Made by a program: the position numbers and the translations under genes. Below, one piece after another: positions 27,941 through 41,560 of a DNA stretch of 64,000 nucleotides. Source of the DNA: Eledone cirrhosa (lineage: Eukaryota); the NCBI GenBank assembly GCA_964016885.1, contig OZ024743.1:215326001-215390000 (forward strand). Direction: 5' to 3'. A model generated the notes under the pieces. It had not been told where the DNA came from, ran no database searches, and saw only the letters and a list, made by a program, of their open reading frames with translations. Position 1 is the stretch's first letter; each line of letters opens with the position of its first letter.

Positions 27941-28827
27941 ATATATATATGTATATACATCAACATTATGCATGCAAACTAATGAATGAGGAGAGATAAG
28001 AGATCAGTTATGAGGATTATATGCCAGTAATGAAGGAGGTAATGTGCTCAATGCATATATGTTGCAAGTAAGGCAAACAATGCAAGTAAGACGGAGAAAA
28101 AATTGTCAACTAAAAAGAGTATAATCCCCGCTACAATTCATAAATTAAATATCAGAGTAAACAACATCAGATTTCTGAATAAATATATTTGATGGCTGAC
28201 AAATTATTTCGGAAAGCAAATCAGCAATTTGTACATAGAGGTAATTATCGATCCTAAAACCGATAATTGTACAATAAAAAGAAATATTTGATATGGTCAC
28301 CTCATCAGAGCCGAAAATTAAATAAAAACTAAATATAAAAATTCCAAAAATAAACACCAACATATCACTGAAAAATAAGGCCTACAATAAATGAAATACT
28401 TGGATAGGGCCTGTCCACTTATTAGTGATGTGGGTATACAGTTGATCGGTTAAAAATTTAAGGATCATGACTGTTTGAAAACCAAATGGAGAAATTTGAA
28501 TGCAAGCGGAAGGGTGTATAACAAGGGGCATAACTAAGATTAAAGGGAGATAAATGAGTAGAAATGTATATTTTATGTCCAATTTAAGATTCATCAAGAA
28601 AAATGTTAAAAAGGAAAAAAATAGGAGGATTATAGAAACATTTAATATTAACGATTTAAAAGAAAATGTATATAACAAAATGTAGTTAAATAGTATAGAA
28701 AGGGAGGAAATAGGTCAAAGCAATAGAGGTTCCCTCGAAGAAAAAATATAATATAAATTGAAGCTATAAAAAGTGAATTAAAATAACTGAAAATAATTAA
28801 ACAAGATTAAATAGTCTGCTAATATGC

Positions 28828-29243
28828 AAATCAGGCTGATCAGTCACTGTATATTTCAGAAAATGTATATTTTCATTGGCTCTGACATTTGGCAGGTGAA
28901 CAGTAAACTGCACTTATGAAGTGTAGCTGACATTACATTTATTGTATTAAGCCATGTAGAGCTATAACTATTTGTTAGTTATTTGGATATAGCAAAGCCG
29001 ACTATTAATCGCTCGTGTACATGAAACTGATTAGCCTATATTCTGATATCCAAATCTGGCTGAACGGTGGATCTGCTAATACGAAGATCTAACTGATGAG
29101 TCAGTCTGATAATATACAAATCAGGCCAATCAGTTAATGTATATTTCAGAAAATGTATGTTTACACTGGCTCTGACAGTTGGCAGATGAGCAGTAAACTG
29201 CACTGATGAAGAGTAATCACCCAGAAACATTAGTGTGTGTGCA
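28828..29243 (+). repeat. ~95-bp diverged direct repeat (28828-28921, 29118-29211); the second unit runs into a degenerate hammerhead
   Basis: aaatcaggc..atcagt...cagtaaactgcact.atgaag twice; tgca CTGATGA..GAAAC at 29199-29228. Confidence 0.7.
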
Positions 29244-29382
29244 TATCTGTTTACATGCAAACAAAATGGCAAGAGTGAAGGGCTCATTCTACTGACATGG
29301 CTTAAAAGAGGTTGTTTGCGTAATTGCAAACGAATCGAATATTATTATTAATATTCTAAAAAAATCAGATTACATTTATATA

Positions 29383-29459
<77 letters not shown>

Positions 29460-29585
29460 CAGTATTTATAGTTATGTATATAGTATAAACAACCATGAAC
29501 AGTAGGGTCAGTAATTTCTTAATTACCTTATTACCAGTAAGAAAAATAGCGCAAGAAATAGCTCAATGTAGCACGAAAATAAATA

Positions 29586-30537
29586 AATTATACAATTATC
29601 AAAGTTGTGGTCAAATCATTTAATAGATGACAATCGTTTCTTCCAAACTCTCGTTTGGAGTGATCGGAGCATTATCAATGTTTGCACATATAATTAAAAT
29701 CCTATTCAACTGAACAATAATATATATATACATATAAATTGATGTTGTGAGCAAATGTTTCGTATTTACGGGGTGGATTGGACGTGACATATATTTTACC
29801 TGAATTGTACAAAAATTGCACAAACATTCAAGTTCAAATTCAAATTCAAATTTAAATTAAATTCAAATCAAAAGCACGGAATGGAATACATGCAACAGTT
29901 AAAACAAGGGAATAGTCCAAATATTAAAGAGGCATTGAGGAAGTACTTTTGAGAAAGCAAGAGTGCAATAACAATTCATATGCAGGCCTATGGATAGTGC
30001 GACTGCGTAAGTCATATACATGAGAAGGAGAGAAGCAAAGCTATTATGCATATATAGATGAATAAATACTGCACTTAAAGCAATTATGTTAATGTATTAG
30101 AGTCTATGGTGGATGTTGAATGGTGATGGTGTTCGAATTAGTGTGTGTTGAGATACATAAAGTTTTTGCAGACTTTTCCATGACATATGACGAATTAAAT
30201 GTTAGTTGATGTTTATATTGAATGTTATAAGTTAGTTAGAGCAATGGATTGTAAATTAGTGTTAATGACTTCATATTCATAGACTATATTTGATCAACCG
30301 TTAAATTTTCAATCGTTAATTTCCGTAAAATATATGTCACATACATTCCACCCTGTAAATACGAAACTGTTACTCACAACATCAATATATATGTAACTAT
30401 ATTATTGTTCAGTTGAATAGGAGGTTAATTATATGTGCAAACATTGATAATGCTCCGATGATTGAAAACGAGAGTTTGGAAGAAACGATTGTCAGCTATT
30501 AAATGATCTGAACACAACTTTGATAATTGTATAATTT
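29586..30537. mobile_element. Non-coding element with ~215-bp inverted arms, each with a TTGATAA...GAAAC..GTC hammerhead-like motif
   Basis: 29586-29800 is the reverse complement of 30325-30537 (diverged); TA-rich flanks. Confidence 0.8.
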
Positions 30538-30559
30538 TTATATATATATATATATATAT

Positions 30560-31965
30560 ACAGTAGTCCACTACGATGATAAAAAGGTAAGGAGCCAATG
30601 TATCTCGTTGGAGCACTCCAGCCAGCATCTCAAAGAACTCTGTCATCCCATCAGGTGTAATGACTTGGGCTTTGGTGTTGGTGTAGAGCAGTGATATCAG
30701 GTCCACTATTATGTTGGGGATTCCATAAACCTGTAAGATCTTCATCAGGCAGTGACGGTCCACAGAATCAAAGGCCTTCCTAAAGTCAATGAAAACCATG
30801 ACAACAGGAAGGCACTTCTAGCTACCTCTAATATCCTCCTCAGCGTCAGGATGTGACAGGTGGTTGATCTTCCTTCTCTGAAGCCGTTCTGGTTGTCCCT
30901 GAGGCGCTTATCCATCTCAGGCTGGATCCTGTTAAGAATCATCCTGTTGAGGGTCTTTGCCACAAGTGATGTCAGTGAGATCCCCCTGTAGTTGTTGGTG
31001 TTAGAGAGATCTCCCTTCTTTGGCACTGGGACGGTGTCACTGATCATGCACTGATTCGGGCTAACTCCTTTCTCCAGTGCCTGGTTACAGAATCCCAGCA
31101 TGATATCATCAAAATCACACCTCTTCATCACTTCTTCGCCACTCCACCTTCTCAATGAGCCTTGCACTGGAGAAACACCATGATTCTCGCTTTACTGTAG
31201 CACCGACTCAGAGCAAGAGAGTTAAGGCGAAAAGGATATCGGATGCTGAATCATTTGGTGACAAATACAGTGAAGGAGGCAGAGGATTTGATGCAGGAGG
31301 TTGAGACTGTGTCGATGAGTGTGGGGCTGAGAATGAATGAGACTAAAACAAAATATCTGGTAGAGAATGTTGAAATGCCAGATGGGTTCGCTAATGTAGG
31401 CGGGAAGTCGCGAGAATTCGTTGAGGACTTCCTATATTTTGGTGCAAAGATTGGGAATACGGAAGATGTGGTTGAGAGGAAAAGTAAAGCCTGGGCGGCG
31501 TGCCACAGCTTGAGATTGGTGTGGAAGTCGGACATTTGTAAAGACCTGAAAATCCGTCTCTTCATTGCTGTAGTCTGAGATTTCGACACTGACCAAGAAA
31601 CTCACACAGATGGTGGATGGGTGCTACACGAGAATGCTGAGGATGGCTCTGAACATTAATCAGTATACACTGAGGATGAAAAACACAGAGCTGTATCGGA
31701 GCCTCCCAAATGTCAGCTCAAATGTGATACAGAGGAGAGTCAGTTTAGCTGGACATGCTCACCGACATCCAGAGTTGACATTGCACTCAGTGCACCCGTG
31801 GGAGCCCCTATATGGACACACTGGAAGAAGAAGACCAAGGTTAACGTATGTTGATGCCCTAAGGACAGACACTGGTCTGTTGGAGACACAAGACATGGCA
31901 GCGATAATGAGGGACAGTGACCGCTGAAGAGAACTCGTCCGTGGATCTCGGGAATGTTACCCGCC

Positions 31966-31968
<3 letters not shown>
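30560..31968. mobile_element. RTE-clade LINE with 5' inversion (minus 30560-31167, plus 31168-31968)
   Basis: minus: NYRGISLTS, QNGFREGRST, FIDFRKAFD, GVLQ.DTLAPYLF; plus: VGLRMNETKTKY, DFLYFG, YTRMLRMALN, GRRRPRLTYVD; (TA)n at both ends. Confidence 0.92.
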
Positions 31969-32049
<81 letters not shown>

Positions 32050-32387
32050 ATGAAAAATCAGTGATGCATCTGAACTCAATTTATTGTGTGTTACAATTGT
32101 TTCGCCGGCAGACAGCTCGAAACACGATCATCGTATGGATCTGTCTGATTTTGGAACTGCAGGTTCGTTGGACACTACTAATAATATCGGAACAAATTTT
32201 CTCACTGGAGTGTTAGCGTAAAAAAAACCTCATCTTCGCTCGTCCTGCTATTGGCTGTTGTTTTGCTACGTCATCATAAAATTTGACCAACATGTACTGT
32301 CAAAACTGACCATCAGCTGTCCTTCTTCCTACCACACTTCAATGAATCCCTGGTGGGTTTGGTAGTTCACACTTCTACGCGGGCATT

Positions 32388-32423
<36 letters not shown>

Positions 32424-32739
32424 CATTCACACACACGCACACAATCATATAAATAACATCCGCACGCATATACTCCCGCTCTGCATACGCACCAAAGAGA
32501 AACCATAAAACTATAGACATATGCGTCCACAGATGCCGCCCTACATGCCCACGTACATCAACTCACACATTCACACACGCACACAGATGCATACGCGTAT
32601 ATCTACTCGTATACACAAACAGGTAGAGACGTATACAATGACACGCACACGCACATACACACATGTGTCCATATATACAGGCACAAAAACAGACTCGCTC
32701 GCAAACACACACACGTATATATATATATATATATATATA

Positions 32740-33123
32740 TTAATAAGAGGAATTCCAACTTTTTCTGATTTACTCGTTTTATTTACAATCCTCTAAAATA
32801 TATAATGGTATTATAATGAAATAGTATGATAGAATATTAAATTCTAAGTGTTAATTGAACAAGTACGTTCATGCTTTCGCAATCTTCAGGTTCATAATAT
32901 GTGGTGACAGTCGAGTTTTCAATTTTCAACTGTTGAAAATTGCAAACTCGACTGTCACCACATATTATGAACCTGAAGATTGCGAAAGCATGAAAGTACT
33001 TGTTCAATTAACACTTAGAATTTAATATTCTATCATACTATTTCATTATAATACCATTATATATTTTAAAGGATTGTAAATAAAACGAGTAAATCAGACA
33101 AAGTTGGAATTCCTCTTATTAAT
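32740..33123. repeat. ~380-bp zero-spacer palindrome between (TA)n tracts
   Basis: arms of ~190 bp, apex ttttcaac-t-gttgaaaa at ~32931, few mismatches. Confidence 0.97.
32968..33006 (+). ncRNA. Minimal type I hammerhead ribozyme, intact core
   Basis: tgaac CTGAAGA t tgc-gaaa-gca t GAAA gtacT T gttca: stem I tgaac/gttca, GNRA-capped stem II, palindromic stem III AGTACT. Confidence 0.85.
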
Positions 33124-33172
33124 ATTATCTTCTATACACAATCATACATACCCGTGTATATCTACCTATCTA

Positions 33173-33237
<65 letters not shown>

Positions 33238-33239
33238 AG

Positions 33240-35868
33240 TAATAATAATAAAATTGAAGACTAAAATTCAAAGAGGGCTCGATAAGGAAAATATATATCA
33301 AATATATAAGAACCGTAGAGCAAATATTTATTAAAATAACAGATTAAAGTTTAAGCAAAGAATCGCTGCTTTCACCCTTAACGGGATCTTCTGAAACTAA
33401 CAAAGTCAATCTGTAAACGCAGAACTGGATATTTCAAAAAACTTTGCAGCCGGAGGAAGACAGGAAGACGATACTTTGGTTCGTGGTAACGTTCGCTGGC
33501 AAAGAACGGGAAAAAACGAATAATACGTCATTAATAGGAGCGGTGAAAAACATTTACGCGCAAAGACAGAACCACGTTTATGGTATAAAAGAGGTCGTAG
33601 ACTAATGTTCTCTTAGGTGGTGCATAGAGACGTTCTCTGGCAATGAACGAAAAAACGAAGATAATAAGTCATATGTGGATCGTTAAGAACAATAGCACGC
33701 GAAGACAAAACCACGTAAATGGTATAGCAGAAGCTGTAGACTAAAATTCTAACTAGGGGACCAAATGAATCTCCGCTACAGAGTAAAGAACAAAGTAAAT
33801 AAATACAATACAGAAGTAATGGAAACAAATAAATACATACACGCAAACAGATACGTACATAGACAAGCATACGCAAAACCTTACAATAGGTAAACAAAAC
33901 CACGCACATATAAATATGTGTGTGTGTGTATGCTTGTGTACAAATAAATAAATAATTATATAAACGTATATAAGTAAATAAATACGTATATAACAAGCGC
34001 ACACACATACCTACAAATAAATACACGAATGTTCGGAGACGTAAGTCAACTAAAACAAGAAGTACACATATACACACACCCACCATACGTACGAACCTGC
34101 ATACTCACGCAGACGCAAAATTCCCGTATACACATAGCCAAACCCTAAATACCAGAATATGTAAAAAGTATACGACATAACAGTCAAATATACGTACGAG
34201 AAGGTATACATTCACAAAACATACGGGTAATATATACATACCTATGCAAATAAATAAAGGAATAAACAAAACATATACTTAGCTCCCACATGAAGACGTA
34301 AAATATCCACGTATAGATCATATTTCTTACTCTACGACTCCTAACCTTGCACATAACATCACAGCTTCAAATTTAACTAACTACGTAGCCGTAGGAACAC
34401 GTGCAACCCTGTAGTTAGTACTAACTGTAATTGTAGGAATCGGGCTGATTGCCCCCTATCCGGGAAATGCCTCTCTAGTAACATTGTCTACAAATGTAAG
34501 GTTGTAACACCCATGTAACTTAGGGCCTACATAGGGTTAACTGCCAATAGTTTCAAGCAGCGTCTTTACATGCATACCCATTCTTTTCGTTACCCTCTAA
34601 GAAGGAATATGACGTCACTTTCAGCTTATATCTGGAGTCTAAAAGACAACCACGCCCAATATAATTTACACTGGGAGATCCTAGGTAGAGCTAGATCGTA
34701 TAACGGAAATAAAAGACCTTGTGACCTCTGCGCCGCTGAGGCCCTGGAAATACTCTACGCCAGAGACCACATCTTAAACAAAAAATCTGAGGCAATTTCG
34801 GCTTGTAAACCTAAATTGCACAAAACTTTCCTGTATTACAGCCCCACGTTATACCCTAACGGATAGCACGATCTATACGTGGATATTTTACGTCTTGATG
34901 TGGGAGCTAAGTATATGTTTTGTTTATTCCTTTACTTATTTGCATAGGTATGTATATATTACCCGCATGTGTTGTGAAGGTATGTATACCTTCTCGTACT
35001 TATATTTGACTGTTATGGCGTATAATTTTTACATATTCTGGTATTTAGGGTTTGGCTATGTGTATACGGGAGTTTTACGTCTGCGTGAGTATGCAGGTTC
35101 GTACGTATGGTGGGTGTGTGTATATGTGTACTTCTTGTTTTAGTTGACTTACGTCTCCGAACATTCGTGTATTTATTTGTAGGTATGTGTGTGCGCTTGT
35201 TATATACGTTTGTATTTACTTATATACGTTTATATAATTATTTATTTATTTGTACACAAGCATACACACACACACATATTTATATGTGCGTGGTTTTGTT
35301 TACCTATGGTAAGGTTTTGCGTATGCTTGTGTATGTACGTATCTGTTTGCGTGTATGTATTTATTTGTTTCTATTACTTCTGTATTGTATTTATTTACTT
35401 TGTTCTTAACTCTGTAGCGGAGATTCATTTGGTCCCCTAGTTAGAATTTTAGTCTACAACTTCTGCCATACCATTTACGTGGTTTTGTCTTTGCGTGCTA
35501 TTGTTCTCCACGCTCCACATATGACTTATTATCTTCGTTTTTTCGTTCATTGCCAGATAACGTATCTATGCACCAATTAAGAGAACATTAGTCTACGACC
35601 TCTTTTATACCATAAACGTGGTTCTGTCTTTGCGCGTAATTGTTTTTCTCCGCTCCTATTAATGACGTATTATTCGTTTTTTCCCGTTCTTTGCCAGCGA
35701 ACGTTTCCACGAACCAAAGTATCGTCTTCCTGTCTTCCTCCGGTTGCAAAGTTTTTTGAAATATCCAGTTCTGCGTTTACAGATTGACTTTGTTAATTTC
35801 AGAAGATCCCGTTAAAGGTGAAAGCAGCGATTCTTTGCTTAAACTTTAATCTGTTATTTTAATAAATA
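33240..35868 (+). mobile_element. Penelope family B copy 1: inverted 3'UTR (33240-34319) + GIY-YIG fragment + direct 3'UTR
   Basis: 34322-34866 matches the 3' end of ORF 43385..44689; ~1-kb inverted repeat; (TA)n flanks. Confidence 0.95.
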
Positions 35869-36182
35869 TATATATATATGTATATATACATATATATGCA
35901 GACAAACAAGCCCTTACCCTACAGTGGGTGCACCGTACACACACACACACTGGCTCATATACACGCTTATAAATATGCGCTTATTACCTACAGGGTCACG
36001 CACGTCTACAAATATACATACATAGATATATCTGTCTTTACACAAATATGATATACACACAAAGTCATATAAAGCTACGCAATTGGTCATACAAGGGTCA
36101 TACATGAAAGGATTCATCTTGTTATACACATGCACACATATAAACAATATACATACATCCATACACATACATACACATACGT

Positions 36183-36239
<57 letters not shown>

Positions 36240-36306
36240 CATATATATAGCGGCGAGGAATTAGTTTAGCGAGGTTTTTTATATGAAATCGTGTGTCGAA
36301 ACAAAT

Positions 36307-36456
36307 ATTGTTATAGTTGGGGAGGGTCATATTTGTGTAATATTGCCAGAATTAATAACAGAACACACTCACTGTTTGGTTGGTTTTCGCTTCTCGCTGA
36401 GTGTGTTCTGTTATTAATTCTGGCAATATTACACAAATATGACCCTCCCCAAGTAT

Positions 36457-36462
<6 letters not shown>
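36307..36462. repeat. Short foldback element, ~64-bp arms
   Basis: ttgttata.ttggggagggtcat...cacactca / tgagtgtg...atgaccctccccaagtataacaa; a related end occurs at 23029-23070. Confidence 0.9.
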
Positions 36463-36522
<60 letters not shown>

Positions 36523-36525
<3 letters not shown>

Positions 36526-37325
36526 TGGCAGGACATTGGCCTGTCCACCCTTGCCTTCTGCCTTTACACACGGCACTAGACAGAATTGATCCCTTCCTCA
36601 TTCACCCTCATTTGGGAACAATTTTGTATGGCGCCAGTTTGTGATTTGAAAACGGGAATTTTATAACTCCGAACGAGAGGAACCTTCTGACGAGAATCCC
36701 TTTCTCAATGGGGATCCGCCTGGATTATCCATTTATTTTGAGATTTGAAACCGCGCGGTAAGGGTACGTATAGTAAGTACAGCGAACTTTTTAAAATTTA
36801 TTTAAAAACTTCTTCTCTATTTGCTAAACCTTGATTCGATATGTTCTGTCTCGTTAATCTATTAACCTGTCATAGGACAACATTGGCATACGGTTGGATA
36901 ATACTTGTATCCCTATATGTACTTTTTACACGTAGGAACATATACTTTATTATTATTAATCTCCCCTAAGGTAGAGATAACATTTTGGTCGTTTGAACTG
37001 CTGTTATTTCCAGTGGCAGGACATTGACCTGTCCACCCTTGCCTTCTGCCTTTACACATGGCACTAGACAGAATTGGTCCCTTCCTCATTCACCCTCATC
37101 TGGGAATAGATTTGTATGGCGCCAGTTTATGATTTGAACTCGGTTATTTTATATTCTCCAAACTAGAAGAACCTTCATGCGAGAATCGCCTTCTCAATGG
37201 GGATCCGCCTGGATCATCCATTTATTTTGGGATTTGAAACTGCGCGGTGAGGGTACATATAGTAATTATAGCGAACTTTTGAAAATTTATTTAAAAAATG
37301 TTCTCTAGTTGCTAAACCTTGATTT
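36523..37325 (+). repeat. ~315-bp diverged direct duplication (36523-36838, 37012-37325)
   Basis: agtggcaggacattg...ttgctaaaccttgatt twice, period ~489 bp. Confidence 0.92.
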
Positions 37326-38044
37326 TATATATATACATATATATATATACACATACACACCCACACGCATATGTACATATACACACATACATACACATAT
37401 AAAAAACCTACAATATACTAAAATATACATATAACGTCACATAAAGAAATATAAAAAAGAAGAAGGGACGTGTATACGTATGAGATAGTATTTAGGAGGA
37501 GTAGGAGATGTACACTTGGGCCTGTATACGGAACAAATAATATGTTATCTGAAATGTAATACGTGGAGAGTATGGATTCTCGATTGAAAAGGTACACATG
37601 CATGGGGTGCGTGAACCGGCCATATAGGAATGTGTCCCTGTGGTTGAGGTATGTTGCCCTATGGGTGTAATGTATTTGACTGAAAGTTAGTGGAATCCGG
37701 GTCAACCTGTCCCAGCTCAGGCGATGTTCTTCTCTAAGGTGACGTGCAGAGTCGGTTATGCATCTTGGGTTATTTTGGTTTACCCCACGGGGCATATACT
37801 GTCATCAGGGTATGGTGTCTGATCCCTTGAACCCGTTTCGCCGCTTTGGTCGGCGTGCTCTCCGACGCATGCTTTTAGTCTGGGCTTCCCGGTATTAGGT
37901 ATTCGGTTCACGGTTGTGAGTGGTGGGTTGTGACTTTTTGTTTCATATTATATCACACACTGCTCTGTAAGAACATAGAGTGCTCAACCGGCATACCGCC
38001 TATGAAAGCATCATAACTACAATCAGACACCAATATATATATAT

Positions 38045-38303
38045 ATTAAAATAACAGATTAAAGTTTAAGCAAAGAATCGCTGTTTTCAACCTTGACGGA
38101 ATATTCTGAAACAAAAAAGAATCAATCTGTGCACGCAGAAGTAAATATTTCGAAAAACATTGCAACCGAAGGAAAAGAGGAAGACGATACTTTGGTTCGC
38201 GAAGACGTTCCCTAGCAATGAACAAAAAAAAGCGAAGATAATAGTCGTTATGTGGAAACGATGAGAACAATTACACGCAAAGACAATACCACGTTTGTGG
38301 TAT
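38045..38303 (-). mobile_element. Diverged Penelope family B pLTR end
   Basis: reverse complement of the 45460-45690 segment (with part of 45300-45380), starts at (TA)n. Confidence 0.85.
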
Positions 38304-38599
38304 AGTCAGTATTCTATTTAGGAAACCGAATGATTCTCGGCTTCGGAGTTAAGAATAATGTAAATATATTAGTTGAACGAAAATCACAGATGTTATTAAA
38401 ATCATAAAAGTAATAATAATTAAATATATACATACGCACATCTATATACGTGCATACACGTGCATACGCGAAAACACAGGTCATGCATATAGATGCACGT
38501 ACACATAAACATATATCGGAAAAGTAAAAAACAACAAAAAGGAGTACAGTTACAAGAGGTGTTACGTATTAGGTTTACGGTTGAGTGTGTGTGTGTTTT

Positions 38600-38635
38600 G
38601 TGACTTTTCGGGCATAATCCCTTTATCAGGAGAAT
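38600..38635 (-). ncRNA. Degenerate minimal hammerhead
   Basis: minus: cCTGATAA a ggg-attatg-ccc GAAA a GTC; stem I not supported. Confidence 0.4.
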
Positions 38636-38874
38636 GGTGGGAAGGAGAGGGGTTGCGAGAGGGTGTGTGGAGGGAGTGGTGAAAAAACATTAAAATAAAA
38701 GGAAAAGAATTGAACTAAAGGAAAAAAAAATAGAAATAAAATAACACATGAGTGGGACAATAATTTGAAAACAAGTGGTGAACGGATGTGTGGTGTGTAG
38801 CGGTGGTGGTGGGTGGATGGAGGGGGAGAGTGTGGGATAAATATCTATTTATATATATATATATCTATATACAC

Positions 38875-38906
<32 letters not shown>

Positions 38907-40503
38907 ATTTGTATGGGTGGGTGTGTGTATGTGTGTGTGTGTGTGTATTGGTGGTAACCACAGTAAGGTACTCAATATATAAGTAGTCTGTATGCAACAT
39001 ATTTATATAGAAATTGCTTCTACAGGATTAAAACACTTTTATTCGAAGGAAATAACCAGGAAAGCACTGATAATTTCGTTCAAATGAATTCGTTCTTGTA
39101 TATAATGTCAGTTATGTACTCGTGTACATTGAAAGGCCAACACTTAACTGAATAACAATTCAATATTTGAGAACAGCAAATACATCTGTGGTTTACATAT
39201 TTTGTGATGGAGCCTCTTAAATGCGAATTTTGCCTCAATGTGATATTTTCCTTGACAATGCCATCTAATATCTGATTTACCTTTCGAGCATCATACACAT
39301 ATTTTTGACTATTTGGCTTGATATATGCCTAGCTAAGTGAAAATATGAGCGTTTGGTAATCCGGATGATGGATGATGAGATGAGAACATTTCTATTTGAG
39401 ATTGCGCATCTTGTCATTTAATATATTAATTTGTGCAGAAAATCACTTGTTATAATACTTTCTATTTCATTTATATTGGTATTAGCACATAAAGTGATAA
39501 CTATTTCAAACAATACTTTAGAATGTATTGGCCTATGCTTTACATATACTTGCAAACATGCATCCATGCATGTATACATATATAAACGCATTTATTCATG
39601 CTTAGATACTTATATTGTTCAATCCTGTTTTCTCCAAATATATAGACGAATATTCCTGCTATTTTATGTTATAAAGCAGACATATGTTATATATTACTTA
39701 TTATAAGTACCAATATGAGAAAACTTTAATATTCTGTCACTTTCCTTATATATATATATATATTGTGTGTATGTGAGAGTGTATGTGTATGTATATATGT
39801 GTGTATGTCTGTATGTACATATGTATGTTTTTATTTGTGTATGCTTGTATGTATATAAGTATGTATGTATGCATGTCTGGAAGCATGTATGTGTATCTTT
39901 TATTGAAAGTATTGTCCGTTCTAATGCTCGCGTAATTGCATTAAGGATAATCAATAGATGTAATAAAACTTATAGAGAGTTGAAGGGGTCGGATTGCCTA
40001 TCATTATGCATACGATGCGATAGTATATTCCAAAATTTAGTTTTTGGTGCATTTAATAACCACAAAATGTATATCCATTTCTTCAGCGATATATTTTCTG
40101 CCTTCCATGCAGGACAGCGATCTTAATGTACATAATGATAAGAATTGAATTCCTAATGGAAACTGATTATACAAAAGCGATAGCAATTTCGTGATAGCTA
40201 CTGCTCCAAAATATAAATAAATCTTAGCATTATCATATACCAAAAATAACTGCTCAGTGCAGTATACTATCATATTGCCTTTTTAAAATATTGTAATCCT
40301 CTGCTAAAGGCCAATCTGATTCTGCTGCTATTTACAGCACTGGATATTTCGAACAAAGATGTGATGAAAGATAGTGTATCCCCTTTAAGATGACTTACGA
40401 ATTTCAGCTGAAAAGTCAGTAGGCTGACTTTGAAGCATTCATGCTACAGCTGTGTCCAATAGTATCAACTTTTCCTACCAATAACTACATAATTTTCTTT
40501 CAG

Positions 40504-40594
40504 GGACTTTGTCGAAAAATATACCTCCATTTTTCAATCCATGAAAGTACCTTGGTCAGTCTACGACCTTTTCAGGCGTCCATCTTATAACAGG
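40504..40594 (+). CDS. Possible isolated host exon (DFVEKYTSIFQSMKVPWSVYDLFRRPSYNR)
   Basis: acceptor ttttctttcag, donor gtacgt, only one open frame, non-repetitive context; no homology recognised. Confidence 0.3.
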
Positions 40595-41179
40595 GTACGT
40601 TCTTCAAATAAATTAACGTTATATGATGTTCTATGAAATTATCTGTATTTAAATCTTATTTATATATTTCATAATGCTCTTGCTGAAATTTATATCTTGA
40701 GCAGCCTACCGTTAATTTAAATAAACCTTGATTAGGAATACGAAATGGTATTTCAAGGTCAGCATTATTTTGAACTAGAGAAACATTATTTTCTCAATAT
40801 TAGAAATACTGTTGCACGCATAAACATCCATGCTTACTATTATAACATAATTGAAAATCTATAGTAAGAGTGATTATTCATATCCCTGAAGTTAATGATC
40901 TTTAATTGAAGTAAGGTAGAGATTAAAAAGATTGTAACTGAAAATATAAAGTCGGTCGCTAAAATATATTCTCTCATATCATCAAAAGCAGCAGAACAAT
41001 AGTGGCAAATATGGATTAGGATTTATTGGAAGTCAAATATTTCCCAGAGTTCAGTTCGCTGAGCCTAATCTGAAAATATTAGAATTTAGGGCAATGACAA
41101 TAAGGAGTGGCAAAATGTATTGGTCGGGAAACCAAAAAATGATAATAGATATTAATAAGGAACTAGTGAAGAGACTATT

Positions 41180-41560
41180 GCTAATGATGATGATGGTGAT
41201 GATGATGATGATGATGATGACGATGATGATGATGATGACAATGTTGATGATGTTGATGTTCATTGTGATGATTATATTGATGTTAATAACATTGGGATGA
41301 TGTGTACAAATATGATATGATGATGAATGGCATGTTGATTGTGATGCTGCTATTGACAAGAGTGATACTGATGATTACTTTGAAAGCTGTGGTGACGAAT
41401 ATGAAGGTGATGAGGAAGATCCAGTGATAATGAGGATGACTTCAATGACGAACTTGATTAAAATGTTGCTGCTGATGTTGATGATCATGACGATGGCAGT
41501 AGTGATTTTGTTGATAAGGTGCTGTTGATGGTCATGATAATGGTGATGGTAATGAAGCTG
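41180..41560. repeat. (GAT)n microsatellite with long degenerate extension
   Basis: direct inspection. Confidence 0.9.

Noticed and set aside
33613-35440. Hydrophobic ORFs repeated at 33613, 35107 and 44930
   Set aside because: TG/TA-rich Penelope 3'UTR; apparent conservation just reflects recent copies
37418-37930. 125-aa minus-strand ORF in GC-richer DNA
   Set aside because: No recognisable domain; probably a retroelement UTR fragment
41051-41560. Asp/Met/Ile-rich reading frames
   Set aside because: Degenerate (GAT)n repeat with stops; no splice support
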